In this document: positions 1-9,387 of the stretch, one piece after another
How positions within the stretch are numbered: the first letter of the stretch is position 1
Layout of the letters: each line of letters starts with the position of its first letter
IMG/VR virus record: IMGVR_UViG_3300008954_000001
From: a virus
Taxonomy: Duplodnaviria > Caudoviricetes
Length of the DNA stretch: 64,000 nucleotides
Strand: one strand, 5' to 3'
Translations under genes and position numbers: made by a program
Notes under the pieces: generated by a model
The model's database searches: none
Seen by the model: only the letters and a program-made list of their open reading frames with translations
What the model was told of the DNA's origin: nothing

Positions 1-338
1 CGTAAGTCCCGGCGCAATTTCTTCGGCTCAACATCGGGTAGCTCCATTAAGAAGCGAATCCGAGTGGTGGCCCGTTGCAAGCGGTAGCAAACGGTGGGTT
101 GTGAAACACCGAAGATATGGGCAATGTCTGTCTGCTTCTTGTGTCGAAAGAAGTAAAGCTCGACAAAATCCGCCTCCCGTGGGGGCAGCTTCCCAAGGAC
201 CGACCGAATATCTTCGATCTGCTCCAAATCCTCTTCAGTAGGTTCAGTGAAAATCGAATCCATATACGCCAAGGAATCCTCGGTCGAGAAACGACTCTCT
301 ATGTCAGTAGGGTCAATCATTCTCCAATGCCATGACAA
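1..338 (-). CDS. Sigma-70 region-4-like HTH protein (3' end runs off the window)
   Basis: Not in the ORF track because it is incomplete. Manual translation from TTG at 338 (AAGGAG upstream; alternative ATG at 320): MSWHWRMIDPTDIESRF...LGKLPPREADFVELYFFRHKKQTDIAHIFGVSQPTVCYRLQRA, matching the L..LP.RE....L......S..EIA..LG.S..TV..RL.RA pattern. Confidence 0.65.
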   Translation of the reverse strand, partial: MSWHWRMIDPTDIESRFSTEDSLAYMDSIFTEPTEEDLEQIEDIRSVLGKLPPREADFVELYFFRHKKQTDIAHIFGVSQPTVCYRLQRATTRIRFLMELPDVEPKKLRRDL

Positions 339-386
339 TATGTGTTCTCCTTTGATGATGGGGCTATGCCCTATCTATCGGTTCGA

Positions 387-920
387 TTAGTCCATAACTT
401 CCAAAAAAACTTGAGGAATCTTGGTCACGATAGCGAGAGACCGCATTTCTATCTTTAGAATTGCATAATCTTCTTCAATATCGAGAACTTCCCCATCCAT
501 TCCTTTGTATGTACCATCTGATATGTTGACCATCGAGCCAGGAGTTACATCCCCCATCACCATTGTCCGAAGTTTATCTCTCATCGCTTGGACTTCGAGA
601 TCGGACAGGGTGTGAGGAATCCTCATGCCTGAGGGAGAAGCACTGGACATAATACGCTTTATGTCCTGATGTCCTTCCAATTTGAAGTAAGTGGTTTCTA
701 ATAAACCACTTTCAACGAAGGCGTAGCCTTCCATTAAATGAAGTGTGACCGTGCGCCCCGCCTTTTTATAGGTGGCCGCAGGAATGAAAATACCGTGATC
801 GGGGTCGAGCTTCAGGGCTTTACGAAGGACACGTTCAAAATTACCATCAGCTATCTTCTGCTCACCCTGTCGAGTGAGTTCTAAGATAACCCAAGTTTTA
901 CGGTCCCTCTTGTCTGCCAT
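387..920 (-). CDS. nusG: NusG/RfaH-family transcription elongation/antitermination factor
   Basis: NGN-like EGYAFVE and C-terminal KOW motif PGSMVNISDGTYKGMDGEVLDI. Confidence 0.75.
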   Translation of the reverse strand: MADKRDRKTWVILELTRQGEQKIADGNFERVLRKALKLDPDHGIFIPAATYKKAGRTVTLHLMEGYAFVESGLLETTYFKLEGHQDIKRIMSSASPSGMRIPHTLSDLEVQAMRDKLRTMVMGDVTPGSMVNISDGTYKGMDGEVLDIEEDYAILKIEMRSLAIVTKIPQVFLEVMD

Positions 921-2265
921 TTTTTCTCCCTAACTCACTGAGGTAGCGAGAAAAAATGTCGGCAAACTCGTTCGCCGCCAACTCACCGTTAGTTTGTTTT
1001 TTGGGTGTTCGAGTTTTGTTTTCAACACGGCTGTCCCCAACATGGTTCGGATTCACTCCCCGTGGGTCCAAAAATGTCCCCCCCTCTACAGAGGGTGCTG
1101 ATTGAAACTTCATCGGGTTCACTACTTTACCCACGTCTAAAACTTGGGTCTCCGTATTCTTCATCTTCCCACAATTCAAAGGAGATACCGCAACTTGGGC
1201 AGGAACAAAAGGTACACACAAACTGGCAACCTCGCAGAGAAATGCCGAAGCGGGCACCCGCCCCGGCTTAGATGCGAAGGAAGAACCTATGTGAACCAAG
1301 GCTGGCCCAAGGTCTTTTAGGTTGGTCACTAATTCCAAAGGCCACCACGAAGGAGGTTTGCCGACCCCTAAACTTGCGGCATACAGCCGTAGAGCGTGGT
1401 CAGAAACCTTTTCATACAGCACAGAGGGGGAAGCCTGCGCCAACAACTCTTGGGCCAAGGACACAGCCGTTTTAGGGTCTTGAGTTCCCATGGCCCCAAT
1501 CAGAGTCAAAATGGACAAAGAAGTGGCCAGCCCTAAATAGGCATAAACCTTTTCGTCCGTGACCGCCCCCAACATAGTCACGCCCTCAATCGTTTTTAGA
1601 GCGTCCCGAATATGACATTCGCAATGTTCGGCAATCAATTCCAACGCAGAATAGTCGTAAGTAAAGCCCTCTTGTTCACAAACATAGTCCAACCGATCCG
1701 CAATTGCAGCCACGGACGCATGACGAATAATGAAGGGAGGGGCGCATCGAGATACGACCGTAGTTCGCATCTTTTCGGGTTCGGTGGTCGCAAAGATACA
1801 CACCAGCCGCTTATCTTCGGTGCCAGGTAAAGCATCCTCCATCGGCTTGAGTAGGGCATCTAAAGCATCCCTCGATAGCTGATGGGCTTCGTCAAACAAA
1901 TAGATCCGACGCTTCCCCGAAAAGGAAGAGTACTGAAGCTGCTCAACGATCTTCCGAATATTGTCCTTACCAGAATTGGTGGCGGCATCTACCTCCACAA
2001 AATCCGCAGAACTCCCGTTCTCCAAAATCTCGACACAAGAGGGACACGTCCCACAAGACTCCCCATTTACCGGGGCATCACACAGTAAAGACCGAGCAAG
2101 AATACGCCCAAGCGTTGTCTTGCCCGACCCGAAAGGACCAGCAAACAAATACGATTGCCTAAGCCCTGACGCAGAACGAATAAATTCACGGAGGATACTT
2201 ACAGTAGTGTCCTGACCTATGACTTCATCGAACCTCGTTGGGCGATATTTGGTATCAAGAGCCAT
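898..2265 (-). CDS. dnaX: DNA polymerase III gamma/tau clamp-loader ATPase
   Basis: KYRPTRFDEVIGQ, Walker A GPFGSGKTT, Zn Cys cluster, DAATNSGKDNIR, Walker B DEAH, ALLKPMED, SRC motif. Confidence 0.9.
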   Translation of the reverse strand: MALDTKYRPTRFDEVIGQDTTVSILREFIRSASGLRQSYLFAGPFGSGKTTLGRILARSLLCDAPVNGESCGTCPSCVEILENGSSADFVEVDAATNSGKDNIRKIVEQLQYSSFSGKRRIYLFDEAHQLSRDALDALLKPMEDALPGTEDKRLVCIFATTEPEKMRTTVVSRCAPPFIIRHASVAAIADRLDYVCEQEGFTYDYSALELIAEHCECHIRDALKTIEGVTMLGAVTDEKVYAYLGLATSLSILTLIGAMGTQDPKTAVSLAQELLAQASPSVLYEKVSDHALRLYAASLGVGKPPSWWPLELVTNLKDLGPALVHIGSSFASKPGRVPASAFLCEVASLCVPFVPAQVAVSPLNCGKMKNTETQVLDVGKVVNPMKFQSAPSVEGGTFLDPRGVNPNHVGDSRVENKTRTPKKQTNGELAANEFADIFSRYLSELGRKNGRQEGP

Positions 2266-2311
2266 CCCTTCTCCCCTGCTCTTTTTACTAAAGAGACTCG
2301 AAAAAGGTCAC

Positions 2312-2788
2312 TCAAGCATCCCCGGAAGGCGAAAAGATTTCCGTAAACTGTTTGATTTCAGTGTCCGCCGCATCTGAAGGCCGAGGCCGCCAATCGCCGT
2401 GTCGATCCAACTCGTCCCAAAAGAAGCTCACATCAGGGGGAGCGATGAAGCAACGGAAGTCCCCGGTGTTGGGATTCTCTTCAACCCGACAAGCACAAAG
2501 AAGGTGGTCCAACAACGCTGACCGCTGCTTGTTGTCCAACCCATCCCACTCATCGAACGCCAATTCCAAAATGAACTTATAGTCCGTGTCGCCAAGCACC
2601 CCAACCAATGCTGGAGCCTTTTTAGCCTTGCCCAAAACTACCGTTCCGCCTCGTTTGCTCGATTTCTCACGGAAAATCACGGCGATCTCATCTTCCACCA
2701 AGATCAAATCAGGGTGGTGAGCTTTCAAGTTCCCCATGATCTCAGGAACTCCCGTGTCTTTTCCCGCAAGCCAATACTCTGTAGCCAT
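2312..2788 (-). CDS. Putative phage metallopeptidase-like protein (degenerate metal motif)
   Basis: Start reassigned to ATG 2788 (AAGGAG RBS). Pattern ..LGKAKK...YKFILELAFDEWDGL...QRSALLDHLLCAC resembles phage metallopeptidase-like proteins, but the HExxH is degenerate. Confidence 0.5.
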   Translation of the reverse strand: MATEYWLAGKDTGVPEIMGNLKAHHPDLILVEDEIAVIFREKSSKRGGTVVLGKAKKAPALVGVLGDTDYKFILELAFDEWDGLDNKQRSALLDHLLCACRVEENPNTGDFRCFIAPPDVSFFWDELDRHGDWRPRPSDAADTEIKQFTEIFSPSGDA

Positions 2789-2804
2789 CGTTCTTCTCCT
2801 TCGA

Positions 2805-3515
2805 TTAATAGTGACTGAAATTAGTCTGTAATCCTTGTTCGCCTTGTGTGAGCCAGATATCGCCAGGATCTTTCCCCATGTAGCGGCACTGGACAACATG
2901 CGGAACACCCGCACGAGTCAAAGCGTCAACGGCACCATAATACCGCCGACCCGTATCGGGGTCGGTCCATCCTAAAGCACCTTTTCTTCCCGTTTCATCA
3001 TTGTCATAAGCGATCATGCAGCCCCCCGAACAAAGTCGAGAAAGGAACCTTACCTGACTCCTTGTTAGGGCGGCTCGTTGGGTGGCAAAAACAGCGTCCC
3101 CGTATGGGATCACTCGCTCAATGGCAGCAAGGTCGAACAGTCCTTCCACAACCCACGCCCTGCCGCCTTTCCATAAACGCTCGGCGGCGTTCTTGCTTTG
3201 CACCCATACTGGCACCCACTTGGATTTAGGGAGCCGATAGCCTGTGATCTTCTTGGTTGCGACTTCACGGGTATCCAAACCTACCAGGCGACCTCTGGGA
3301 CACCGTAATGGGATAGCCAAATGGCCCTTTAAGGCTTGCCCTGACTTACCGTAGCGAAAACGAAAGGATTCCTCTGGTGCGGGTTCTGATGGAGGCACCC
3401 AAAGGCCAAGCCCCAAATCTTCGATCAAAGAATCCGACACCCCACGCTTCTCCAAGTATTGCTGAAGCTGAGAGTCCAATGGACGAATCCCTGATTGTAA
3501 CCACCTTTCCATCAA
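2805..3515 (-). CDS. dnaG: DNA primase catalytic core (TOPRIM), no N-terminal Zn-binding domain
   Basis: YLEKRG, LAIPL, VVEGLFD, AYDNDETGRKG, KDPGD. Confidence 0.85.
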   Translation of the reverse strand: MMERWLQSGIRPLDSQLQQYLEKRGVSDSLIEDLGLGLWVPPSEPAPEESFRFRYGKSGQALKGHLAIPLRCPRGRLVGLDTREVATKKITGYRLPKSKWVPVWVQSKNAAERLWKGGRAWVVEGLFDLAAIERVIPYGDAVFATQRAALTRSQVRFLSRLCSGGCMIAYDNDETGRKGALGWTDPDTGRRYYGAVDALTRAGVPHVVQCRYMGKDPGDIWLTQGEQGLQTNFSHY

Positions 3516-4036
3516 GGCTCCCCTAAAACCGCAACTCCTCGACTCGGATTGTGGACCATAGCCAAAAAGCCTTTACCCACATCTGCAAAAACACCAACGC
3601 AATCCCTGTCTTTTGGAACAACGACCGCACAGCCTTTATGCAACCACGCACAAACCTTTACCGGGGAATCCACAATGAAGGGCAGACCGGAATCGCTTGC
3701 CAGCACTTCAATGTCTTCCACCCCGTAATACTTCAAGTGCTCTACCGCCTTCTCAAAGCCATCGGAGGTGAGCGGGTGAACATTTCCCCACTTACTCGTC
3801 TCCCCCACCAAAGCGATCTCTCGGATGATGTCTAAATTCATGGCGACCCTCTCGCCCGAATCTTGTTTACGAACACCTACCCGAACCCGACCTTTGGATG
3901 AGGGAATCCAGATAAACTTGGACTTCCCTGCTGCGGTAACCAGAAATGGGGCTAATTCAGGGTTTACTGGGAACTCCATCATCAATGGAGTTCTACCACC
4001 CGTTTTCAACACAACTTTCTTCAAGAGATCAGACAC
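3512..4036 (-). CDS. Hypothetical protein
   Basis: Fills the operon with overlapping start/stop codons; no recognisable motif. Confidence 0.6.
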   Translation of the reverse strand: MSDLLKKVVLKTGGRTPLMMEFPVNPELAPFLVTAAGKSKFIWIPSSKGRVRVGVRKQDSGERVAMNLDIIREIALVGETSKWGNVHPLTSDGFEKAVEHLKYYGVEDIEVLASDSGLPFIVDSPVKVCAWLHKGCAVVVPKDRDCVGVFADVGKGFLAMVHNPSRGVAVLGEP

Positions 4037-4568
4037 GGAACCTCCTCAATAATTCGAGATACCAAGGAGAACGGCTATCGTCAGCCTGAAGATCCTCCAC
4101 AGGTGGGAACACCTGAGTCTTCAGGGGCATGATTTCCTCAACGTCCTCCGAAAGCCCTTCATTATCGGGATCGTGGGTTTCATCGTTAGGGTGTTCGCTC
4201 AATACCCACAGTAGGGCGGCCATGTCTGGAAAGTGGTAGGCGATTTCCCCAAAATCCGCTTGGCTCAAAAAGGTGTCGAATTCCTCTCGGATACTATCCG
4301 CATCTTGATTGGCTTGAAAGACGGGACAGCTTGCGGCCCTTGCTCGGCCCCCAAACTTCTCATCGCAAACACCATCGTACTCTTGGCCCTTAGCCACCTT
4401 ATAGGCGCAAACCCCCACATTAGGTTCCGAAGGGGTGTTCCCTGGTCCAAGCGAAACATTGTGGGCGCAATTACACGGCCTACGAGAGAGACCTGTCCGA
4501 ACCATTTTCTTCAAGTGCCGAAAACGCACCTGAGACAGTTTCTTTTGGATCTCTTTTCGATTCCGCAT
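4029..4568 (-). CDS. Hypothetical Cys-containing protein
   Basis: In-operon ORF with CNC, C..C and CPVF residues and an acidic tail. Confidence 0.6.
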   Translation of the reverse strand: MRNRKEIQKKLSQVRFRHLKKMVRTGLSRRPCNCAHNVSLGPGNTPSEPNVGVCAYKVAKGQEYDGVCDEKFGGRARAASCPVFQANQDADSIREEFDTFLSQADFGEIAYHFPDMAALLWVLSEHPNDETHDPDNEGLSEDVEEIMPLKTQVFPPVEDLQADDSRSPWYLELLRRFRV

Positions 4569-4582
4569 GGTTCACTATACCT

Positions 4583-5059
4583 TCAAGGAGCTTGTTGTAA
4601 GCGAGTCCCACAACAGGGGCACTTGATCTCATCTCCGCTTTGAAGACGCTCAACCATGCGCTCTTGAACTGCTCGTAACGTAATATCAACGCCCTCTGGC
4701 ACTAAAGGGATCTTCGGTGCTTTAACGGGCTTCTTTCGATTTGCCTTAGCTTTTTCGGCAAGCTCAACCGCATTGTCTGAATTGATAGCCACCCATAGAA
4801 CGGCCCGACGACCGCTTCGAGTTAGCCCCTTCTTACCAGAATTAGCAACCAAACCTTGTTTCACAAGCTCACCCCGGCGAGCCGTATAGGTCGTGTGCTT
4901 CATCTCTAAGGTTTCTTCAGCGGCATCGTCTGTGGTGCCTTCGGAGCCACGAGAAATTATGTGCTCATATACTCGACGACGGAGTGCTCCCGTAACATCT
5001 GCGATAGCTTCAGCGGCTTCTTTAGAAGTGTCTGATCCCGGTGTGTGTGGAGCAATCAT
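4583..5059 (-). CDS. Winged-HTH-like phage protein with C-terminal CxxC
   Basis: TSKEAAEAI...TTDDAAEETLEMKHTTYTARRGELVKQGLV..SG; C-terminal CPCC. Confidence 0.6.
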   Translation of the reverse strand: MIAPHTPGSDTSKEAAEAIADVTGALRRRVYEHIISRGSEGTTDDAAEETLEMKHTTYTARRGELVKQGLVANSGKKGLTRSGRRAVLWVAINSDNAVELAEKAKANRKKPVKAPKIPLVPEGVDITLRAVQERMVERLQSGDEIKCPCCGTRLQQAP

Positions 5060-6261
5060 TACTTAACTCCAAACAAATCAAGAATGGTTACTTCGGGAAC
5101 CTCTTGTTTTGAGGTTGTGGTTTCACGGCCCTCAATCCTACAACAAGCAATATCAAGGTAGTCCTCGTTCAAATCGATACCAACATAGTTTCTACCCAAC
5201 TGAAGAGCGACAGCCCCAGTGGTTGCTGATCCAGAAAAAGGATCAAGAACCACACAAGGTTCGGGCCACGGATTATCTTCAACACAAGAACAACCTGTCT
5301 CCCAACCTAAAGTTCGGGAGTACCCATCGACCCGCCCTGACCCAGATTTCCCCACCGTACCTACAGGATTGCCAGCCCCACCTCTTGCATCGTGGGCCGC
5401 CTGTGTTTTAGGGCAGGATGTGCTGTGACCCACAAATCGTTCGGAGACTCGCTTAAAAGGCTCTCCACACGCCGCACAGCGGCCATAGGCACTGGTCCCC
5501 GCCTTGATCATAGGCATAACGAGCTTCGGGGGCCACACGGCGAAATGCGCCCCCTTAAAGGAAGCTGGTGGCACATCCCACAAGGTTCTTTTATTGCCCC
5601 CTCTTATGAGGGCATCTTCGCTAATCGGAGCACCCCTATTGGAACCCTCTCTCTTTTCATTGGGATCGTGAGTCCTTTGATGGCTGTTCCAACGATACTG
5701 GTTCCGTTGAAAGGTTGCTCCTTTCAACGGCTCTCGAATTGCATCTGCATCGTAGTAGTAATGACCACCACTGTCTGGATGAGCAAACAGGAAAACGTAC
5801 TCATGTGCTTTGGTGGGGCGGTCTTTGACCGACTCTGGCATTGGATTAGGTTTCGACCAGATGATATCTGAACGCAAATACCAGCCGTCTTTTTGAAGGG
5901 CGAAAGCCACCCGCCACGGGATGCCTATAAGGTCTTTCGACTTTAATCCTCCCTCATAGCTCCCAGCATAACTATCCCCAAGATTTAGCCAAAGGGTGCC
6001 ATCTTTCCGCAACACTCGTTTGATTTCTCGAAACACCTCAACCAAGGCTTCGGCATATTTTTCGGGGGAGTCTTCCAACCCAAGCTGGTTATCCCCGGCC
6101 CCATAATCTCGTAAGCCGTAATAAGGGGGGCTTGTACAAACTGTGTGGACCGAAGCGTCTTCGAGCAGCTTCAAGCCTTCAACAGCACCAACGCCATACA
6201 GAAGTCTTGCCTTGGGTGGGTTATCCCCGACCGAGTGGAAGAGAGTTCGGTCAACCATCAT
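5059..6261 (-). CDS. N4-C/N6-A DNA methyltransferase (beta-type, intact)
   Basis: Motif IV TSPPY, RVLRKDGTLWLNLGD, IIWSKPNPMPES, HFAVWP, motif I VLDPFSGSATTG. Confidence 0.9.
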   Translation of the reverse strand: MMVDRTLFHSVGDNPPKARLLYGVGAVEGLKLLEDASVHTVCTSPPYYGLRDYGAGDNQLGLEDSPEKYAEALVEVFREIKRVLRKDGTLWLNLGDSYAGSYEGGLKSKDLIGIPWRVAFALQKDGWYLRSDIIWSKPNPMPESVKDRPTKAHEYVFLFAHPDSGGHYYYDADAIREPLKGATFQRNQYRWNSHQRTHDPNEKREGSNRGAPISEDALIRGGNKRTLWDVPPASFKGAHFAVWPPKLVMPMIKAGTSAYGRCAACGEPFKRVSERFVGHSTSCPKTQAAHDARGGAGNPVGTVGKSGSGRVDGYSRTLGWETGCSCVEDNPWPEPCVVLDPFSGSATTGAVALQLGRNYVGIDLNEDYLDIACCRIEGRETTTSKQEVPEVTILDLFGVK

Positions 6262-6905
6262 CCCCCACCCACCAAATCAAACTTCGCCCCTTTCGGGGTT
6301 CGACGGATTCGGTAGGCTCGGTGGGAGGCTTCAACTAAAGCTGGATTGTGTGTCACGAGCAAAATGTCTACCCCCATCCTCTCACATAGAAGACGGAGAA
6401 ACTTGCCCATTGCGTCCACATAATTCGCATCAAAAGCGGGTAAGGATTCATCTAAAAACAAGACGGGTCGAAGACCTCGCCGCATCACTACGATCAATCG
6501 AAGCAGAACAGATTGAACCGTTGTAACAGCACCACCAAAGGCATCGATACAATCCCCTTCTGAAATGGTGCCATCCGGCTGCTTCTGCGTTGTGATCAGG
6601 TCTACCGAAACCTTGTTGTACTTCACCCCTACTTCCGACCGAACCGAGATCTGCTGATCTGAAAAGACCGCACTCAAACCTTCCGTCAGTAGCCCCTCAA
6701 CTGCTTGAACACCAGCGTTCACTTCTGCGTCAATCAATTGACGAAATAACTCGGAAACCAACTGACATAGGTGGCCCTCGCTATCTAATTTACGAATATT
6801 GGTTTTCGTGTCGCCTATACGCCGAGATACTTCATCCCGACGACCAACGACACGATCCACCCTGCTCCGTAATGACGCAACATCGCTGGTGATCTGTTCA
6901 TTCAT
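6258..6905 (-). CDS. Rad50/SbcC C-terminal ATPase half (stand-alone gene)
   Basis: Short coiled coil, signature-like DAFGGA, Walker B LFLDE, D-loop AFD, H-loop LVTH; no Walker A. Confidence 0.85.
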   Translation of the reverse strand: MNEQITSDVASLRSRVDRVVGRRDEVSRRIGDTKTNIRKLDSEGHLCQLVSELFRQLIDAEVNAGVQAVEGLLTEGLSAVFSDQQISVRSEVGVKYNKVSVDLITTQKQPDGTISEGDCIDAFGGAVTTVQSVLLRLIVVMRRGLRPVLFLDESLPAFDANYVDAMGKFLRLLCERMGVDILLVTHNPALVEASHRAYRIRRTPKGAKFDLVGGG

Positions 6906-8104
6906 GCAGATGTCTCTACTGTGGAAGTGTCTGTATCAGGCACCCCTGCGGTCACATTCGTATTGACCGATGTAGTCTTCTGCCGACTGAACATCCAAGT
7001 GATCGCCGTACTGAATCGGAAACCCTCTTCAGGCTCTTCCGTAATGATCACCCAACCACCCTTTTCGTGGCGGCGGCATCGCATCTGAACGGAATCTTCC
7101 GTACACAAGGAAAGCAAACGGGTGATGTGCAGACGACTAATGTTGAAGCCGAAAGACTCCTCCCCACACTCCACCTCAATACCAGCCTTCACGGTCTGGT
7201 ACAGGCTTTCACCTGAAGTAGACTTCATACTCAAAGTAACAACAGCATCCTTACGGGTGATGTTGAGGGTGTTGTCATCCCAACTCGCACCAGAGGCCAA
7301 GAAGTTGATGGCTGAAATCAATTCCGCACGGTCGAGATCCCAAAGCTCTGTGTAGTTGTCCTCCACCTGAACCTTGGGGAAAGCGGCCAGCGGTCGTGCT
7401 TCTCCGAAGACGGCACCTTTACCACCAAGAGCACCAAAGAACTGTGCTCGGTCGGTTTCGTAAATGGTTACTTCGCCATCGCTCTGAAGGGCCAAGAAGC
7501 TGTTCAGTGCGCCCAAGTCCTTACCATGGAGCCGAACCTTGCAGTTCTCAATTCCTGGCACGGAGGACTGACTCATGGCCGTCAAATCAGTACATCGAAG
7601 GGTGCCTTCAATACACTCAACCACACACAGCTTCGGCTGCTTTGTTTCGTCATCGGAAACGAATGGTTTACTGTGGCTCAAAGCCGACCGAAGCTGATCA
7701 GCCCGAACCTTCCCCGTCGCTTCAGCGGAGTTCCAAAGCTCATCCCACCAAGGGAAAGATGCTGGATCGAGAGATTGGAAAAGGTTGTGTCCACGGGGAG
7801 CCGTGGCCTTTACCACCCCTTCCTCCAACTCAAACTCAACCGTAGCGGTATCCGCAAGGGTGTTGAGCCACAGATCGAGCCGCTTGGCCTCAATAGTAAA
7901 GGCTTCCACCCCTTCGTAGGTAGTTCCTGAAATAGGGCAGAAGGCAAAGGTCTTACCTGTCCACCCATACACAGCAACACCATCGCTTTCGTGCGGCCTA
8001 AAAACATAGTGGGAGGTAATATCCCCCGCCGAATTCGCCACACAAGAACGAACGCAAGCGAGTGCCGCTTGCAGGTCAGTAAAAGAAACTTTCATCGTAG
8101 TCAT
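6902..8104 (-). CDS. dnaN: Beta sliding clamp-like protein
   Basis: About 400 aa; LRSALSHSKPFVSDDETKQPKLCVV...LRCTD parallels the DnaN FA.S.DE.RP.L.GV...ATD region; FGFNISRL parallels I.FN..YL. Confidence 0.7.
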   Translation of the reverse strand: MTTMKVSFTDLQAALACVRSCVANSAGDITSHYVFRPHESDGVAVYGWTGKTFAFCPISGTTYEGVEAFTIEAKRLDLWLNTLADTATVEFELEEGVVKATAPRGHNLFQSLDPASFPWWDELWNSAEATGKVRADQLRSALSHSKPFVSDDETKQPKLCVVECIEGTLRCTDLTAMSQSSVPGIENCKVRLHGKDLGALNSFLALQSDGEVTIYETDRAQFFGALGGKGAVFGEARPLAAFPKVQVEDNYTELWDLDRAELISAINFLASGASWDDNTLNITRKDAVVTLSMKSTSGESLYQTVKAGIEVECGEESFGFNISRLHITRLLSLCTEDSVQMRCRRHEKGGWVIITEEPEEGFRFSTAITWMFSRQKTTSVNTNVTAGVPDTDTSTVETSA

Positions 8105-8105
8105 A

Positions 8106-8399
8106 TCAGTTCACTCCGTTTTCATAAGGTTGGAGAGCAGATTCAGCGGTATCCATCGCTTTCTGCAAGGTGTTCATTTCTTTATCGAAACGCTGTTCCA
8201 ATTTAGCGATAGCCTCATCGATCTGCTCTGGCTCGATCTTCTTCGCTCGGCATTCCGCCTCTACAGCCTGCTTGTTAGCCTCGGCTTCCTGAAGACGACC
8301 CTTAAGCCGCTCAACCTGTGCCACCAACTCGGCCCGTCGTTTTGTGGCGTTCTGAAGAACCGCCGTATGATCACTATTCATTTGAACCTCCTGACTCAC
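8106..8399 (-). CDS. Small coiled-coil protein
   Basis: 97 aa with heptad pattern throughout; tightly packed in the operon. Confidence 0.75.
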   Translation of the reverse strand: MSQEVQMNSDHTAVLQNATKRRAELVAQVERLKGRLQEAEANKQAVEAECRAKKIEPEQIDEAIAKLEQRFDKEMNTLQKAMDTAESALQPYENGVN

Positions 8400-9384
8400 T
8401 CTTTTTTACCGAGAGTGTGGGCGAAAGGGCACCCTCGAAACCAATCAAGCCCTCTTCAAAGGGTTCCTCTTTCTTTCTACGGGTCTTCCGTCGAGCCTGT
8501 AGCTGGCCCTGACGCTCAGAACACACCTTTTCATACTCACAGAATTTACAGTTGGAAGGGGAGGGGTTCGCCTCCCATTTCCCTTTCCACATTCCCTTAC
8601 TGGCTTGCCTTGCACGATGCGCCAAACCCTTCAAGTCGTCCATCGTAAAAGGAACCTCCACGATCCCCGACCAATCCTCTTGGTTGTCGGGTTGGTTGTC
8701 GGGAGGACTGCCTATCGGGTATCTGAAATAGATGAAAGCTAATCGATCTGGCATCTGATTATAGGCCAGCTTGAAACATAGGGCGTACCAACGAAGTTGA
8801 TCTGGATCTGTATAAACACCCACCGACTTCGAGTTCTTGCCATCGTAGATGGTGATCCCAGTGTCCTTGCGCCGAACAATCAAATCCGCTCGACCCCCAA
8901 TCGGGTTGTATTTGTCGAGCCAAGTCCTCAAATCCACCTCCGCTCTGGCGTAGGGGCCGAGAATCTTGTTGGCTTTCATGGTTGCCAAATAGTTCAAAGA
9001 CCCATCCAAGCAGGTCTGTAGAAGCTCATCTCGGCTTGGAGTCCACGGCCTATGCCATTCGATGTACTTCTTTTCGACAAGTTTGTTGAAAGTCTTTTCA
9101 ACCAACTGAACCAGTTCGTCCCGCAAAGTATCGGGATACCGCCACATTTCGTTGTTGTAGAGGTGTTCCATTACATCAGCGATCACGATCCCCATAAGCG
9201 CATGGTGCTCTGATTTCTTCTCAGCACCCGGCTTACGCTTGCCTTCACCAGCACCTAAATCAATGCCGGGATAGCCACGAGACCATAAGGTTCGCTGTGG
9301 GCATTCCTCGTACATTGAAAGTGTTGACCAATAGAGTGGTTTCTTCACCCGTTTCTCCCGTCTAATGGGAGAAACTTTACCCAC
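8374..9384 (-). CDS. PD-(D/E)XK nuclease (RecB/AddB/Cas4-like)
   Basis: STLSMYEECP, GRADLI, IYDGKN, QLRWYA, CKFCEYEKVC; alternative GTG start at 9348. Confidence 0.85.
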   Translation of the reverse strand: MGKVSPIRREKRVKKPLYWSTLSMYEECPQRTLWSRGYPGIDLGAGEGKRKPGAEKKSEHHALMGIVIADVMEHLYNNEMWRYPDTLRDELVQLVEKTFNKLVEKKYIEWHRPWTPSRDELLQTCLDGSLNYLATMKANKILGPYARAEVDLRTWLDKYNPIGGRADLIVRRKDTGITIYDGKNSKSVGVYTDPDQLRWYALCFKLAYNQMPDRLAFIYFRYPIGSPPDNQPDNQEDWSGIVEVPFTMDDLKGLAHRARQASKGMWKGKWEANPSPSNCKFCEYEKVCSERQGQLQARRKTRRKKEEPFEEGLIGFEGALSPTLSVKKSESGGSNE

Positions 9385-9387
9385 GAA

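Noticed and set aside
8374-9384. Cas4/CRISPR system
   Set aside because: The Cys pattern fits the wider AddB/Cas4-like family common in phages; no cas1/cas2 or repeat-spacer array was seen.
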